Shown: positions 11,365-20,803 of the stretch, piece by piece | How positions within the stretch are numbered: the first letter of the stretch is position 1 | Layout: each line of letters opens with the position of its first letter | Origin: an uncultured cyanobacterium | GTDB lineage: Bacteria > Cyanobacteriota > Cyanobacteriia > Leptolyngbyales > Leptolyngbyaceae | DNA: 64,000 nucleotides | NCBI GenBank assembly: GCA_963766075.1 | Contig: CAVYAN010000075.1 | Location: 23,268 to 87,267 of the forward strand | Direction of reading: 5' to 3' | Program-made: the position numbers and the translations under genes | Notes under the pieces: generated by a model | What the model saw: the letters and a program-made list of their open reading frames with translations, nothing else | The model's database searches: none | Told to the model about the DNA's origin: nothing

Positions 11365-11894
11365 AGAAATCCGGACGTGGCATTCTGCATTATCTGGTTG
11401 CCTATCGTTATCGCCTGCAAGGCAATCCGCCCGGTCGCCTGAATGGGCTGCGAATCACCCGCCTGATCCGCCCCGCGAATCAAAACAACGTGATTTACAA
11501 AGCTGGACTCTATACCAAGGATGCCCTAACGCTTACTCCTGGCCAGGTCTTTGATGTGGGCCTAGAAATCATCACCGACCACCCCGTCGATCGCGTCGTG
11601 ATCACCGATCCGCTCCCCGCCGGATTTGAAGCCGTGGACAATAGCTTCCAAACCAGTACGCCCTACTACCAAGCCCAAGCCGACAATTGGCAAATTAGCT
11701 ACAAAACCATGCATCATGATCGGGTCATTGCGTTTGGCGATCGCCTTGATCCCGGGGTTTACACGCTGCACTACTTAGTCCGCTCCGTTACTCCCGGAAC
11801 ATTTCTCTATCCTGGAGCCGAAGTCCATCTCCAATACGCACCAGAGGAATTTGGGCGATCAGCAGCCACCACGCTCGTTATCAAGGGCGATTAA
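11340..11894 (+). CDS. Alpha-2-macroglobulin C-terminal (MG10-like) segment, separated by a 1-bp frameshift
   Basis: Frame open from 11340: RDRHDLILKKSGRGILHYLVAYRY..VVITDPLPAGFEAVD..YLVRSVTPGTFLYPGAEVHLQYAPEEFGRS. Confidence 0.9.
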   Translation, partial: RDRHDLILKKSGRGILHYLVAYRYRLQGNPPGRLNGLRITRLIRPANQNNVIYKAGLYTKDALTLTPGQVFDVGLEIITDHPVDRVVITDPLPAGFEAVDNSFQTSTPYYQAQADNWQISYKTMHHDRVIAFGDRLDPGVYTLHYLVRSVTPGTFLYPGAEVHLQYAPEEFGRSAATTLVIKGD

Positions 11895-12016
11895 AAGCCA
11901 AGGGCAAATCAAAGGTATGAACCTGCGGAGCAAGCCTCGGTAGGTATTCTGCCCCAAGGAGCGACTCTATCCAAGGAGATAAAAATCAAGGGTGATAGAA
12001 GTCGTAGGTAAAGTTG

Positions 12017-12292
12017 TCATTTGACTTCCCCTACGACTAGACACCATTCATGCAGGGTGTATTCTACACAGCCATTTTGAACCAGCGGATCCTGCGCCAC
12101 GATCGCCTCTGCCTCGGCTAGAGACTCCGCCTGAAACAACAGCATTCCTCCACCATAACCACGCCAGTAGCCGGTTTTGGCCTGATGTCCCTGGGCAATC
12201 AAATTCTGGACAAAGGCTTTGTGGGCCGGTACATACTGATCAAAGGTGGGCTTGTCCACAATACCCACTTCAATTTTGACAAACCACGGCAT
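12017..12292 (-). CDS. YciI family protein
   Basis: MPWFVKIE..HKAFV..GGGMLLFQAESLAEAEAIVAQDPLV..YTLHEW. Start set at the ATG just downstream of the transporter stop. Confidence 0.88.
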   Translation of the reverse strand: MPWFVKIEVGIVDKPTFDQYVPAHKAFVQNLIAQGHQAKTGYWRGYGGGMLLFQAESLAEAEAIVAQDPLVQNGCVEYTLHEWCLVVGEVK

Positions 12293-12305
12293 AGGCAGCA
12301 GGGTA

Positions 12306-13919
12306 TTACGGCTTGGCGGGCGTAGGCGGGGGACTGATTGGCGGCGGAGCAGGAGACTTGCTCGGCAACGCGCTGGGCGTAACCAAGGGAGACGCTGCCG
12401 GGGCAGTAGGACTGGCAACTGGAGAAGGGCTAGTGGATGGAATTGCTGCTGGAGCAGGTGAACGCTTGGGGGCGCTTGCTGGGGCTGCTTGGGTAGGGGG
12501 GGCAGGAACGCGATCGCCCAGAATGGTGCCATTGCCTGGAGTGTAGAACACCCCTGCTACACAGGCAATCATCAAGGTGGCTAAAGTCCCCACAAATAAA
12601 GCCTTCCAGCCCAGTTCCGAAATATCTTTGCGGCGGGAGGGAATCAGCGCAATTGTGCCCCCGACAAAGATGCCCACAGAAGCAAGGTGGGCAAAGCCTG
12701 ACAGGGCATAGCTAACAATCACAACGGCGCGATCGCTAATCACCCGCTCGGCAGCGGGCAGTTCTGCCGCCGCTGCCAAAGCCTGATAGGGTGGAATCGC
12801 CGTCTCAAACAAGCGGCGACCAATAATCACCGACGACTCCCACAGTTCTTGCCAGTTATCCGAAACACCCGTCAGAGCGGTAAAGGGCAGAAACAAGGCC
12901 CCCAAAATTGTCTGCAAGTTGACCACACTAAAAAAGTCGCCCACTGGCCCATCAATACTCGCCAGCCAGCCAAACCCTTGATTGACCAGCGATACCAACC
13001 CCAAAATTAGGATCAGCACCGCCGCAATGGAAACGGCCATTTTTACCCCATCCAGGGATCCGACAATCGCCGCATCCAGAGGACTCATCCGCAGCATCGG
13101 CTCACCGCCCACCATTTCGGGTTCAGCTTCCTCTGGCGCATCGGCATACTCTGCGTCGGGATTTATAACTTTGCCCGCAGGCCCTTCCACGGGAATTCCC
13201 CCCGCTGTCAAGGGAACTTCGGTTTCTGGCACCAAAATCTTGGACAGGACAAAGCAAGCGGGAATGGCAATAATCGACGCCGAAACAAGGTGCCCCAGAA
13301 TGTTGGGAAATACAGGCTTCAGAAAGCTGACATAGATGGCCAACGTTGAGGAAGCGGCTGTCCCAAAGCAACACGCCAAAATCGCACAGAGTTCACTGCG
13401 AGTCATCTTGGCGAGAAAAGGCTTGACCACGATCGCCGCTTCAATCCCGACAAAAATGTTCGCGGCTCCACTCAACGCCTCGGCCCCACTTAAACGCATG
13501 GTCCGATAGAAAACCTTTGCAAACACATTGGTGATCACCTGAATCACGCCAATGTTGTACAGCAGCGCCATTAGCCCCGAAAAGAAAATCACCGTGGGTA
13601 ATGCTCGAAAAGCAAAAATATAGCCCAGATTTATATCCGATGGCTTCCCCGGCAACGGCACAATATTGCGCCCAAACACAAAGCGGGCCCCGGTATCTGC
13701 GGCGTCAAAGATACTATTCAGCAGGTTGCTAAAAATCTGCAAACCATCGCGTGTGCCGGGTACCACAAACACCAGCGCCCCCAGAACCAGTTGCAGCAAA
13801 ATTCCCGACACCATGATGCGCCAGGGAAAAGCGCGGGGACTACGATTTTCGGAAAACCCCCAGGTGATCGCGCACAATCCAAAGATGCCCAGGAAGGAAA
13901 TTAAGTTTAAATGGTTCAT
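12306..13919 (-). CDS. Concentrative nucleoside transporter (CNT/NupC family)
   Basis: FAFRALPTVIFFS, SGAEALSGAANIFVG, YALSGFAH, many TM helices, Pro-rich tail. Confidence 0.92.
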   Translation of the reverse strand: MNHLNLISFLGIFGLCAITWGFSENRSPRAFPWRIMVSGILLQLVLGALVFVVPGTRDGLQIFSNLLNSIFDAADTGARFVFGRNIVPLPGKPSDINLGYIFAFRALPTVIFFSGLMALLYNIGVIQVITNVFAKVFYRTMRLSGAEALSGAANIFVGIEAAIVVKPFLAKMTRSELCAILACCFGTAASSTLAIYVSFLKPVFPNILGHLVSASIIAIPACFVLSKILVPETEVPLTAGGIPVEGPAGKVINPDAEYADAPEEAEPEMVGGEPMLRMSPLDAAIVGSLDGVKMAVSIAAVLILILGLVSLVNQGFGWLASIDGPVGDFFSVVNLQTILGALFLPFTALTGVSDNWQELWESSVIIGRRLFETAIPPYQALAAAAELPAAERVISDRAVVIVSYALSGFAHLASVGIFVGGTIALIPSRRKDISELGWKALFVGTLATLMIACVAGVFYTPGNGTILGDRVPAPPTQAAPASAPKRSPAPAAIPSTSPSPVASPTAPAASPLVTPSALPSKSPAPPPISPPPTPAKP

Positions 13920-14269
13920 GGGAGAATGCACCGTGGGCGGTGGGTGAAGCAGGAGTGGGATTTTAGAGTTTGGAGTTTAGAGGGTGGATTTTAGATGTTG
14001 GATGGTTGCCAAAATCTAAAAATCCCTGGCCTAAATAGGGTGGCGTGGGGCGATCGCGCGAAGGCCCCGTAAAGAAAATACTCGAATTTGGCAATCTTGG
14101 CTGAGAAAAGATACACGCCAAAACAATTTGTCGAATTTTGAGGAGGCTGCCGTGGGTCAGCATGACCTTTATCCCAGGCTCCTGGTAGAGAAGCTTCCCC
14201 TGAAGGAACCGAATTTTAAGCCGTATACGTATACTTGATCTAAGACTCTTTATATATCCCAATACTCAA

Positions 14270-14788
14270 TTGCTACCGGACGACCTTACCCAAAAATCCC
14301 CACCCATCGATTGCCCGGTGCCCGATGAGCAGCAGCCGCTGAATGAATATCGCGAGTTGCAGGAGTCAGGCTTTTTTCAGTGGGGTACGATGGCGATACC
14401 TGCTTATTTGCGCAAGCTTGCGTGGTCCTGGGGCTGGAGTTGGGCGATCGCAGGTCCGGTCGCCGCCGCCAGTTTTCCACCGGCCAAGCATCCTCTGCCG
14501 TTTTTTTTGATGGGCTTCATGGGCGCATCTCTATTTTTGGCGCTGATTGTCCTGCGCCTCTACTTGGGCTGGGTGTATGTCTACTCCCGCTTGGCCAATG
14601 ACACAGTGTTCTACGAAGAGTCGGGTTGGTATGATGGCCAAGTGTGGTCCAAGCCTCTCGCGGTGCAAACCCAAGATAAATTGGTGGTTACCTATCAAGT
14701 GCAACCGGTGCTGCGTCGGCTTTACTGGACCTTTGGGGGGCTGGCGATCGCCCTGCTGCTGGGCGGTGTTACCTGGCTCTTGGTCTAG
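14270..14788 (+). CDS. CGLD27 / Ycf36 (DUF1230) family membrane protein
   Basis: CPVPDEQQPLNEY, RLYLGW, YEESGWYDGQVWSKP. Confidence 0.9.
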   Translation: MLPDDLTQKSPPIDCPVPDEQQPLNEYRELQESGFFQWGTMAIPAYLRKLAWSWGWSWAIAGPVAAASFPPAKHPLPFFLMGFMGASLFLALIVLRLYLGWVYVYSRLANDTVFYEESGWYDGQVWSKPLAVQTQDKLVVTYQVQPVLRRLYWTFGGLAIALLLGGVTWLLV

Positions 14789-14890
14789 CCCGGTCTGGGG
14801 GATCTCGCATTTTTCTCGGCGCTACGGGACCCTTCCCGGTAAGATTGATAAGGAGATTTGGCGCGGTCTTAGGCGAGGGACAAGGGCGGT

Positions 14891-15794
14891 ATGGATGATT
14901 TAATTGAAGGGATTCAGGAATTTCGGGAATCCTACGTTTCCACCCATCGGGAGTTATTTGAACAACTCTCCCAGGGGCAAACCCCCCAGTTTTTATTTAT
15001 CACCTGTTCCGATTCACGCATTGCGCCTAACCTGATCACCCAGTCAGATTTGGGCGATTTGTTTGTCATTCGCAATGCCGGCAATATCATGCCACCTTAC
15101 GGGGCTGCCAATGGCGGCGAAGGAGCCGCTTTGGAGTACGCCCTGCAGGCGCTGGGGATTGAGCAAATTATTGTCTGTGGGCATTCCCACTGTGGCGCAA
15201 TGAAGGGCCTACTGCATTTAAACAAGCTGCAGGAAAAAATGCCCCTCGTCTATGATTGGCTCAAACATGCCGAAGCCACCCGCCGATTGGTCATAGATAA
15301 CTACAAAGGCTACAGCGACGAAGAACTGATTGAAATTGCCGTCGCCGAGAACGTCCTGACCCAAATTGAAAATCTCAAGACCTATCCCATCGTCCGCTCT
15401 CGTCTGTTTCAGGGCAAGCTCAGCATCTACGGTTGGATTTACCACATTGAAACGGGGGAAATCCTGGCCTATGATCCAGACACTCATGCCTATATTCCGC
15501 CTCAAACGGTGTTGGTAGGGGCGGGGAGAGGACAAGGTCGAGCCAGGAATCTTTGTGAAAACCATGGCACCGCCTGTAGCCTGTGAAGTGCCCCAAACCG
15601 TAGCGCAACCGGGGCGTTTGTCAGAATTAGTGCCGTCCTATGGGCATTCGGGGAATGGAGCAGCGGCAGCCCCCGCGCCGGTTTCCCCAGCCACTCCACC
15701 GGCCTTATCTACCCAACCTTCTCCAGCAAATGGCACCAGTTGGCTGTCACCAGAACAAATCGATCGCATCTATCGGGGCTCGGCAAAACGCTAA
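14891..15794 (+). CDS. ccaA: Carboxysomal beta-carbonic anhydrase CcaA/IcfA (frameshift near 15518-15527)
   Basis: CSDSR, RNAGN and GHSHCGAM zinc motifs in 14891..15586. The C-terminal tail ending WLSPEQIDRIYRGS, typical of CcaA, is in the +1 frame (15555..15794). Confidence 0.9.
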
Positions 15795-15844
15795 CGTCTG
15801 AGCCTTTAGGCGATTTCCGACAAGTATAATATACCTACTGCTGG

Positions 15845-15898
15845 CTTCGGCTCCGCTCCGCCAACGCAGAGATTCCTCCCTGAGCGAAGTCGAAGGGA
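15845..15898. repeat. REP-like dispersed palindromic element (inverted pair)
   Basis: CTTCGGCTCCGCTC and GAGCGAAGTCGAAG are inverted near-copies; CCCTGAGCG(A/G)AGTCGAAGGG recurs at 38113. Confidence 0.75.
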
Positions 15899-15914
15899 AC
15901 AATCTCGGTCGGTA

Positions 15915-16835
15915 TTATAGATCCTTCTGCTGACCCGATAAGTATTTATCCAGGAACGGTAAAACGCCATCGGCGACCTGTTCGGGATACTCTTCATGGA
16001 GCCCGAGGGAGCCTTGGGTGCGATAGACCTGCACACTGGTGAAATGGGCCAAGACTTCCATTTCTTCGCGGGATTTAGGCGGTAGGTGATCACCAATCAC
16101 CACCATCACAGGCACGGGTAATGGCTGAAACTCCAATATCCATTCCGCTCGAGAACGCAATGGATCTAGAGCCCCTGTGACAAACGCTGCTGAGGCAAAG
16201 CGGGCACCGCGCCTGCGGGCAATCCGCCGTTTTTGGCGGATCAGGTCGCGAGTGATGTGGACGCGATCGCAGAATACATGCCGCCCGATCATAAATCGCA
16301 GCAAAATTCCCGTTGTGTTTAGAAAATACAGAAATTGGCCCAGGATTGGCAAATTGATCATCTGCTGCACTACCCGGTAGCACCGTCGCCGCTGTTCGCC
16401 CATCATCGTCGGCAAAGGACCGCGCCACGTGGGAGCCAAGAGCACCACCCAGGACCATAGATGCTTTTGCGCCAGTTCCATGACGTAGCCTGCACTGTGT
16501 CCTGCCGCCATCACCACAATCGGTCCCTTAAAGGTAGTCTGGACGAAATCCCGTAGAAATGCCTTGTAGACCGCTGGACTGTAGGCCATGTTGGGGCGAT
16601 CGCTGTCGCCAAAGCCAATCCAGTCAAGCAAAAAAACCTGGTGTTTCTGCGCCAGGTAAGCCGCCAATCCCCGCAATTCATCCCGACTGGAAATCGTACT
16701 CAGGGCAGGCAGTAACAAAATGGGCTGGCCCGTGCCCAGCACCTCGTAGGTAGCCACAATAGTATTGCCTTGCCAGCGCCACGAATAGGACTGTAGTGAT
16801 GCATTCAAGTCGGGATGGGTCATAGGGATTGGCAC
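15915..16835 (-). CDS. Alpha/beta fold hydrolase
   Basis: LLLPALSTISSR, LDWIGFGDSDRP, AAGHSAGY, LGLHEEYP. Confidence 0.88.
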   Translation of the reverse strand: MPIPMTHPDLNASLQSYSWRWQGNTIVATYEVLGTGQPILLLPALSTISSRDELRGLAAYLAQKHQVFLLDWIGFGDSDRPNMAYSPAVYKAFLRDFVQTTFKGPIVVMAAGHSAGYVMELAQKHLWSWVVLLAPTWRGPLPTMMGEQRRRCYRVVQQMINLPILGQFLYFLNTTGILLRFMIGRHVFCDRVHITRDLIRQKRRIARRRGARFASAAFVTGALDPLRSRAEWILEFQPLPVPVMVVIGDHLPPKSREEMEVLAHFTSVQVYRTQGSLGLHEEYPEQVADGVLPFLDKYLSGQQKDL

Positions 16836-16922
16836 AGTAAAATCACATCAGTCCTAGTGATTTTACGATACCCTGGCGACGCCCCAGAGACATCATTGCC
16901 ATGCATGATTGCCCATCACCCG

Positions 16923-17360
16923 CTAGGATTGGTCCGTTCCCAGCACAGCGGCCTTCTGTTGCATCATGCTAAAAATGTTGTAAAACCCATTGGCGCGAGA
17001 AGGCGTCAGGCTGACATCTAGCCCCGTTGCCTGAATGAAATCTGGAGTCAACTTGACGATCTCTGCAACGGTCAAGCCATTGAGGCCCTCTACCAGCAAG
17101 GCCACTAACCCTTTGACCAGTTGGGCATCGGAATCACCTTGATACATCACCCTGCCGTCTTCCAAATGGGCAATCACATACACCTGGGAAGCGCAACCCG
17201 GTACCTTGTTGTCACTAGTTTTTTGCGCTTCTGGAAAGTCCCCCAGGCGTTTAGCAAACCAAATTAGTTGTTCGTACTTTTGCTTAGGAGCAGTCACGCG
17301 CTGCAAGCGCTGGAGTACACGATCCAGAGAGGCAGGCAAAGGAGCAGACAGGGTAGACAT
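16923..17360 (-). CDS. sufE: SufE family cysteine desulfuration protein
   Basis: NKVPGCASQV, GDSDAQLVKGL, SLTPSRANGF. Confidence 0.95.
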   Translation of the reverse strand: MSTLSAPLPASLDRVLQRLQRVTAPKQKYEQLIWFAKRLGDFPEAQKTSDNKVPGCASQVYVIAHLEDGRVMYQGDSDAQLVKGLVALLVEGLNGLTVAEIVKLTPDFIQATGLDVSLTPSRANGFYNIFSMMQQKAAVLGTDQS

Positions 17361-17629
17361 AAAGAAAGATAGCAGTGTCTAGTTGCCCTATTGTAAGGGC
17401 TTGTGAAGCTTTGTTGTTAAAAGTTATTCATCTCTCTCCTAATTATCCTCCTCCGGCAGCATTATCCCCCTCCGGTAGCCCCCTTCCCCTTCGGACTGTC
17501 GCCACAGTTTACAAAGCTCCCTACTAGGGAAAGGGCAAATTCACCGGATTGCAGCCTGAGTCTCCCGAAGAATTGGAGGAGGATACCCAGGAATGCTAGC
17601 GGCAGCCTGGGCATATTGAAAGACGTAGG

Positions 17630-18967
17630 ATGGCAACCGTAGGAGTTCGCGAGATGGGTACAACACTTAAATATCGCATTGGTGGCTACCAACCCGGCAC
17701 CCGCCCAGAGGGTGCCAAATTCCACCAGGTTGGTCGTTATCAGCAGGAACAACTGCCCCGTCGCGTTGATTTGCGAAAGTTCATGACCGACGTAGAGGAG
17801 CAAGTTGGCAATAGCTGCGTTGCTAATGCCTTTGTCGGAGCTTATGAATACCTAGCCAAACGGGAGCAGGGTGAATCAGGCGATGTTAGTCGTCTGTTTG
17901 TGTACTATAACGCTCGGGCACGGCACAACAGCCAGCAGGAAGATAGCGGCACGGCGATGTACTGTGCGATCGAGAGCTTGATGGAACATGGAGCCTGCTG
18001 CGAAGATCTATGGCCCAATGATGAGTCCATGATTTTTAATCAGCCGGATGATCCCGCCTATGAGAATGCGGTCAATTTTACAATTACTGAAGCTGAAGGC
18101 ATTGAGACTGATTTGGTCCTGTGGAAGCATACTCTGGCCGAAGGATATCCGATTGCGTTTGCGCTCAATCTGTTTGAATCCTTTAACCATGCAACAGAAA
18201 ATCGGGGCCGTATTTCACTACCTAAGAAATCTGAGCCCGTGAAAGATACCCATGCGTGGCACGCCATGCTCTGTGTGGGCTATTCCGACAAAGACCAGAT
18301 GTTTATTGTGAGAAACTCTTGGGGATCTGACTGGGGAGATCAGGGCTATTGCTATATTCCCTATAGCTATGTTATGCACCCGGACTATAACGGCCATGAT
18401 TCCTGGATTATTAAATCAGTGAACGATCTGGATTTCGTTTCTGAGGGCTGGGAAGACGATGCCTCCTCCTTCGCGGACGAGGATTCCTTGCTGCTTTACG
18501 ACTTTTACATCACTACAGAAGATCCTGAAGGTTTTGCCGAAGCACTGGATGAGCTATGCCAAGAGTATGTCGAGAGCGAAGACGCCTATTACTTTGACTA
18601 TAACTATGAAGAGTTTGACGAGGAAGAAGCTGATGGGGAAGACGAAAACAATGCAGAGGAAATAGCCGGAGAAATAACCGACGAGGAAGAAGTAACCGAC
18701 GAGGAGGAGGAAGAAACTGACGAGGAGGAGAGTGAGGAAAGCGAGGAGGAAGAAACCACCGAAAACGCCATCCATTTGGAAATTCTTAACTTTGCCATAA
18801 CCTTGGCAGACCCGACGGAATTCTTAGAAGCCTTGGATGCACTTTGCCAGGAGTATGCCGTGGATGAAGACTATGACTATGCGATGGATGGAGACAGTAC
18901 AGAGGATGAAGATGATGCGGCGGATGAAGAAAGCACGGAAGAGGACACCGAAGAGAGCGCAGCCTGA
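17630..18967 (+). CDS. C1 (papain) family cysteine peptidase with a highly acidic C-terminal region
   Basis: VDLR, QVGNSCVANA (catalytic Cys), SRLFVYYNAR, HAMLCVGY (His), RNSWG (Asn); D/E-rich tail. Confidence 0.92.
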   Translation: MATVGVREMGTTLKYRIGGYQPGTRPEGAKFHQVGRYQQEQLPRRVDLRKFMTDVEEQVGNSCVANAFVGAYEYLAKREQGESGDVSRLFVYYNARARHNSQQEDSGTAMYCAIESLMEHGACCEDLWPNDESMIFNQPDDPAYENAVNFTITEAEGIETDLVLWKHTLAEGYPIAFALNLFESFNHATENRGRISLPKKSEPVKDTHAWHAMLCVGYSDKDQMFIVRNSWGSDWGDQGYCYIPYSYVMHPDYNGHDSWIIKSVNDLDFVSEGWEDDASSFADEDSLLLYDFYITTEDPEGFAEALDELCQEYVESEDAYYFDYNYEEFDEEEADGEDENNAEEIAGEITDEEEVTDEEEEETDEEESEESEEEETTENAIHLEILNFAITLADPTEFLEALDALCQEYAVDEDYDYAMDGDSTEDEDDAADEESTEEDTEESAA

Positions 18968-18983
18968 TTAGCGGACCCATCTT

Positions 18984-20036
18984 CTATGCCCCGCCGGGGT
19001 CCAGGTGTCCAGAGGCTTGATCGGCCCTGTTCCCAGCGTCCTCATCGGCGATCGCCACCACTGTACCCGTTAACGCCGATCGCCGTGCAGCATCGGCCAC
19101 TTTGAGGGTGTACACACTGGCAGCCGGAGCGAGATAAAGCGGCGTGCCCAGGGTCAGGTGATCCACCACCATGGCAGTATCTTTGGCAAATAAGCCCCGC
19201 CGTCCACTGACGGGAATCGGGGCACTGCCGTGGTCCTGGAACAGGGTGCCTTGCTCGCCCTCAAATAACAGCGCGCCTTGATCGCCTTGGACTTCCAAGA
19301 GTCGGTGCGATCGCCAAAATCGGTCCCCTTTGCCATAGACAACCTCTGCCAGGACACCCCTGTGAAACCGGAGTTGGGCCGTACAGAGACACGCTTGATA
19401 GTAGGGGCTATCCGGCGCAGCATGGACCTGGGTTTGGCAACTGACCGTAGCCACGGGACCAAATAAATCGATGAAGCGGTGGAGGCGCGACAAAGCTCCC
19501 ATTAAAGGGAAACCAAACAACTCGGGATGATAGGTCCATTTTTGCGGTGCGGGATGTTCGGCTTTGATCGTGGTATAGCGGGCATAAAACGTGGATCCGA
19601 CCTCAGCCAGGTGAGCTTTGAGAGCTTGATGCACCCCGCCGAGTAGTTCAATATGCTCCACATGCAGCAGGCGTTGTTGTGCCTGGGCGAGGGCGATGAG
19701 TGCATCTGCTGTGGTGACATCGAGGCACAGGGGATATTCCACGACGACATGCTTACCTGCGGTAAGGGCAGCTTGGGCGATCGCCCCATGATCCCGATTT
19801 ATCCCCGCAATGATAACCATATCCAGATCAAATGAGTCCAATAGTGTGGACCAATCGGGGCTATTGGCTGCCCCATAGGTTTGGCAAAAGGCTGCGGTTT
19901 TGGCTGGGGAATGGCCTGCAATGGCAACTAATTGAGTCCGGGGATCGGCCAGCAAGGATTCTGCCCTCAGTTTCGCAGCATAGCCTGTTCCGACTAGACC
20001 AACACGGAGGGGCAAGGAAGAATGGGCGATTGGCAT
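18984..20036 (-). CDS. bvdR: Biliverdin reductase (Gfo/Idh/MocA family)
   Basis: VGLVGTGYAAKLRA, VVVEYPL, LLHVEHIELLGG, GFPLMGALSRL. Confidence 0.85.
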   Translation of the reverse strand: MPIAHSSLPLRVGLVGTGYAAKLRAESLLADPRTQLVAIAGHSPAKTAAFCQTYGAANSPDWSTLLDSFDLDMVIIAGINRDHGAIAQAALTAGKHVVVEYPLCLDVTTADALIALAQAQQRLLHVEHIELLGGVHQALKAHLAEVGSTFYARYTTIKAEHPAPQKWTYHPELFGFPLMGALSRLHRFIDLFGPVATVSCQTQVHAAPDSPYYQACLCTAQLRFHRGVLAEVVYGKGDRFWRSHRLLEVQGDQGALLFEGEQGTLFQDHGSAPIPVSGRRGLFAKDTAMVVDHLTLGTPLYLAPAASVYTLKVADAARRSALTGTVVAIADEDAGNRADQASGHLDPGGA

Positions 20037-20356
20037 TGGGAATCTCGGGGCAAGGGAATGGAAATCTAAGTTCTGGGCAAGGGGTGGAAAATCCTATCAA
20101 AGCCTTGTAGGGAGATAATTCTACTGTCTTCTGCGTGGGCGATCGCTCCTCGTCCCATAAGATAAGTAGATTAAATCGCCTGCTTTTATTACGAATCCCA
20201 TTCATCCCCGGGGATGATCCGCGATGCTAATTCGGCGTTTTTCTGTAGTATCAGAGTTGGGGTTGGTTTTGGGAGACATTCGTCCTATAGAAAGTCCTTC
20301 TTGAACCCATCTTTTTTGCGCTAAGGCTGTTTCCATTTAATTGAGAGGACCACTGC

Positions 20357-20656
20357 ATGGCAACTTTTAAGGTCACGTTGATCAACGAGGCAGAAGGATT
20401 AAACACCACTATCGACGTACCCGACGATGAGTACATTCTGGATGCCGCTGAAGAACAAGGCATTGACCTACCCTACTCCTGTCGCGCCGGTGCTTGCTCC
20501 ACCTGTGCTGGCAAGATCAAGGAAGGTAAGGTTGACCAGTCTGACCAGTCTTTCTTGGATGATGATCAAATTGAAGCGGGCTACGTGCTGACTTGTGTAG
20601 CTTATCCCGCCTCGGACTGCACCATCATCACCCACCAAGAAGAAGAACTCTACTAA
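20357..20656 (+). CDS. petF: Plant-type [2Fe-2S] ferredoxin I
   Basis: [40 protein letters not shown] ribosome site upstream. Confidence 0.98.
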   Translation: MATFKVTLINEAEGLNTTIDVPDDEYILDAAEEQGIDLPYSCRAGACSTCAGKIKEGKVDQSDQSFLDDDQIEAGYVLTCVAYPASDCTIITHQEEELY

Positions 20657-20685
20657 GCCTTGAGCTACCCAGTCTCCTGGTGCTG

Positions 20686-20725
20686 GGCCTCCGACTTCTC
20701 TACAGAAGTTGGAGGTCTTTGCTTT
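20686..20725 (+). terminator. Rho-independent terminator after petF
   Basis: GGCCTCCGACTTCT-ctac-AGAAGTTGGAGGTC hairpin followed by a T-rich tract. Confidence 0.75.
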
Positions 20726-20803
20726 AAGCCTAATTGGTTCTAGCTTTTTTCCTTGCGGATCAAGGCACTGGCAGTTAAAGGCATTGGCGATGCCGATTTT
20801 GCT

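Noticed and set aside
12293..12532. Long N-terminus of the YciI ORF
   Set aside because: It is an alternate-frame read of the transporter's Pro-rich tail.
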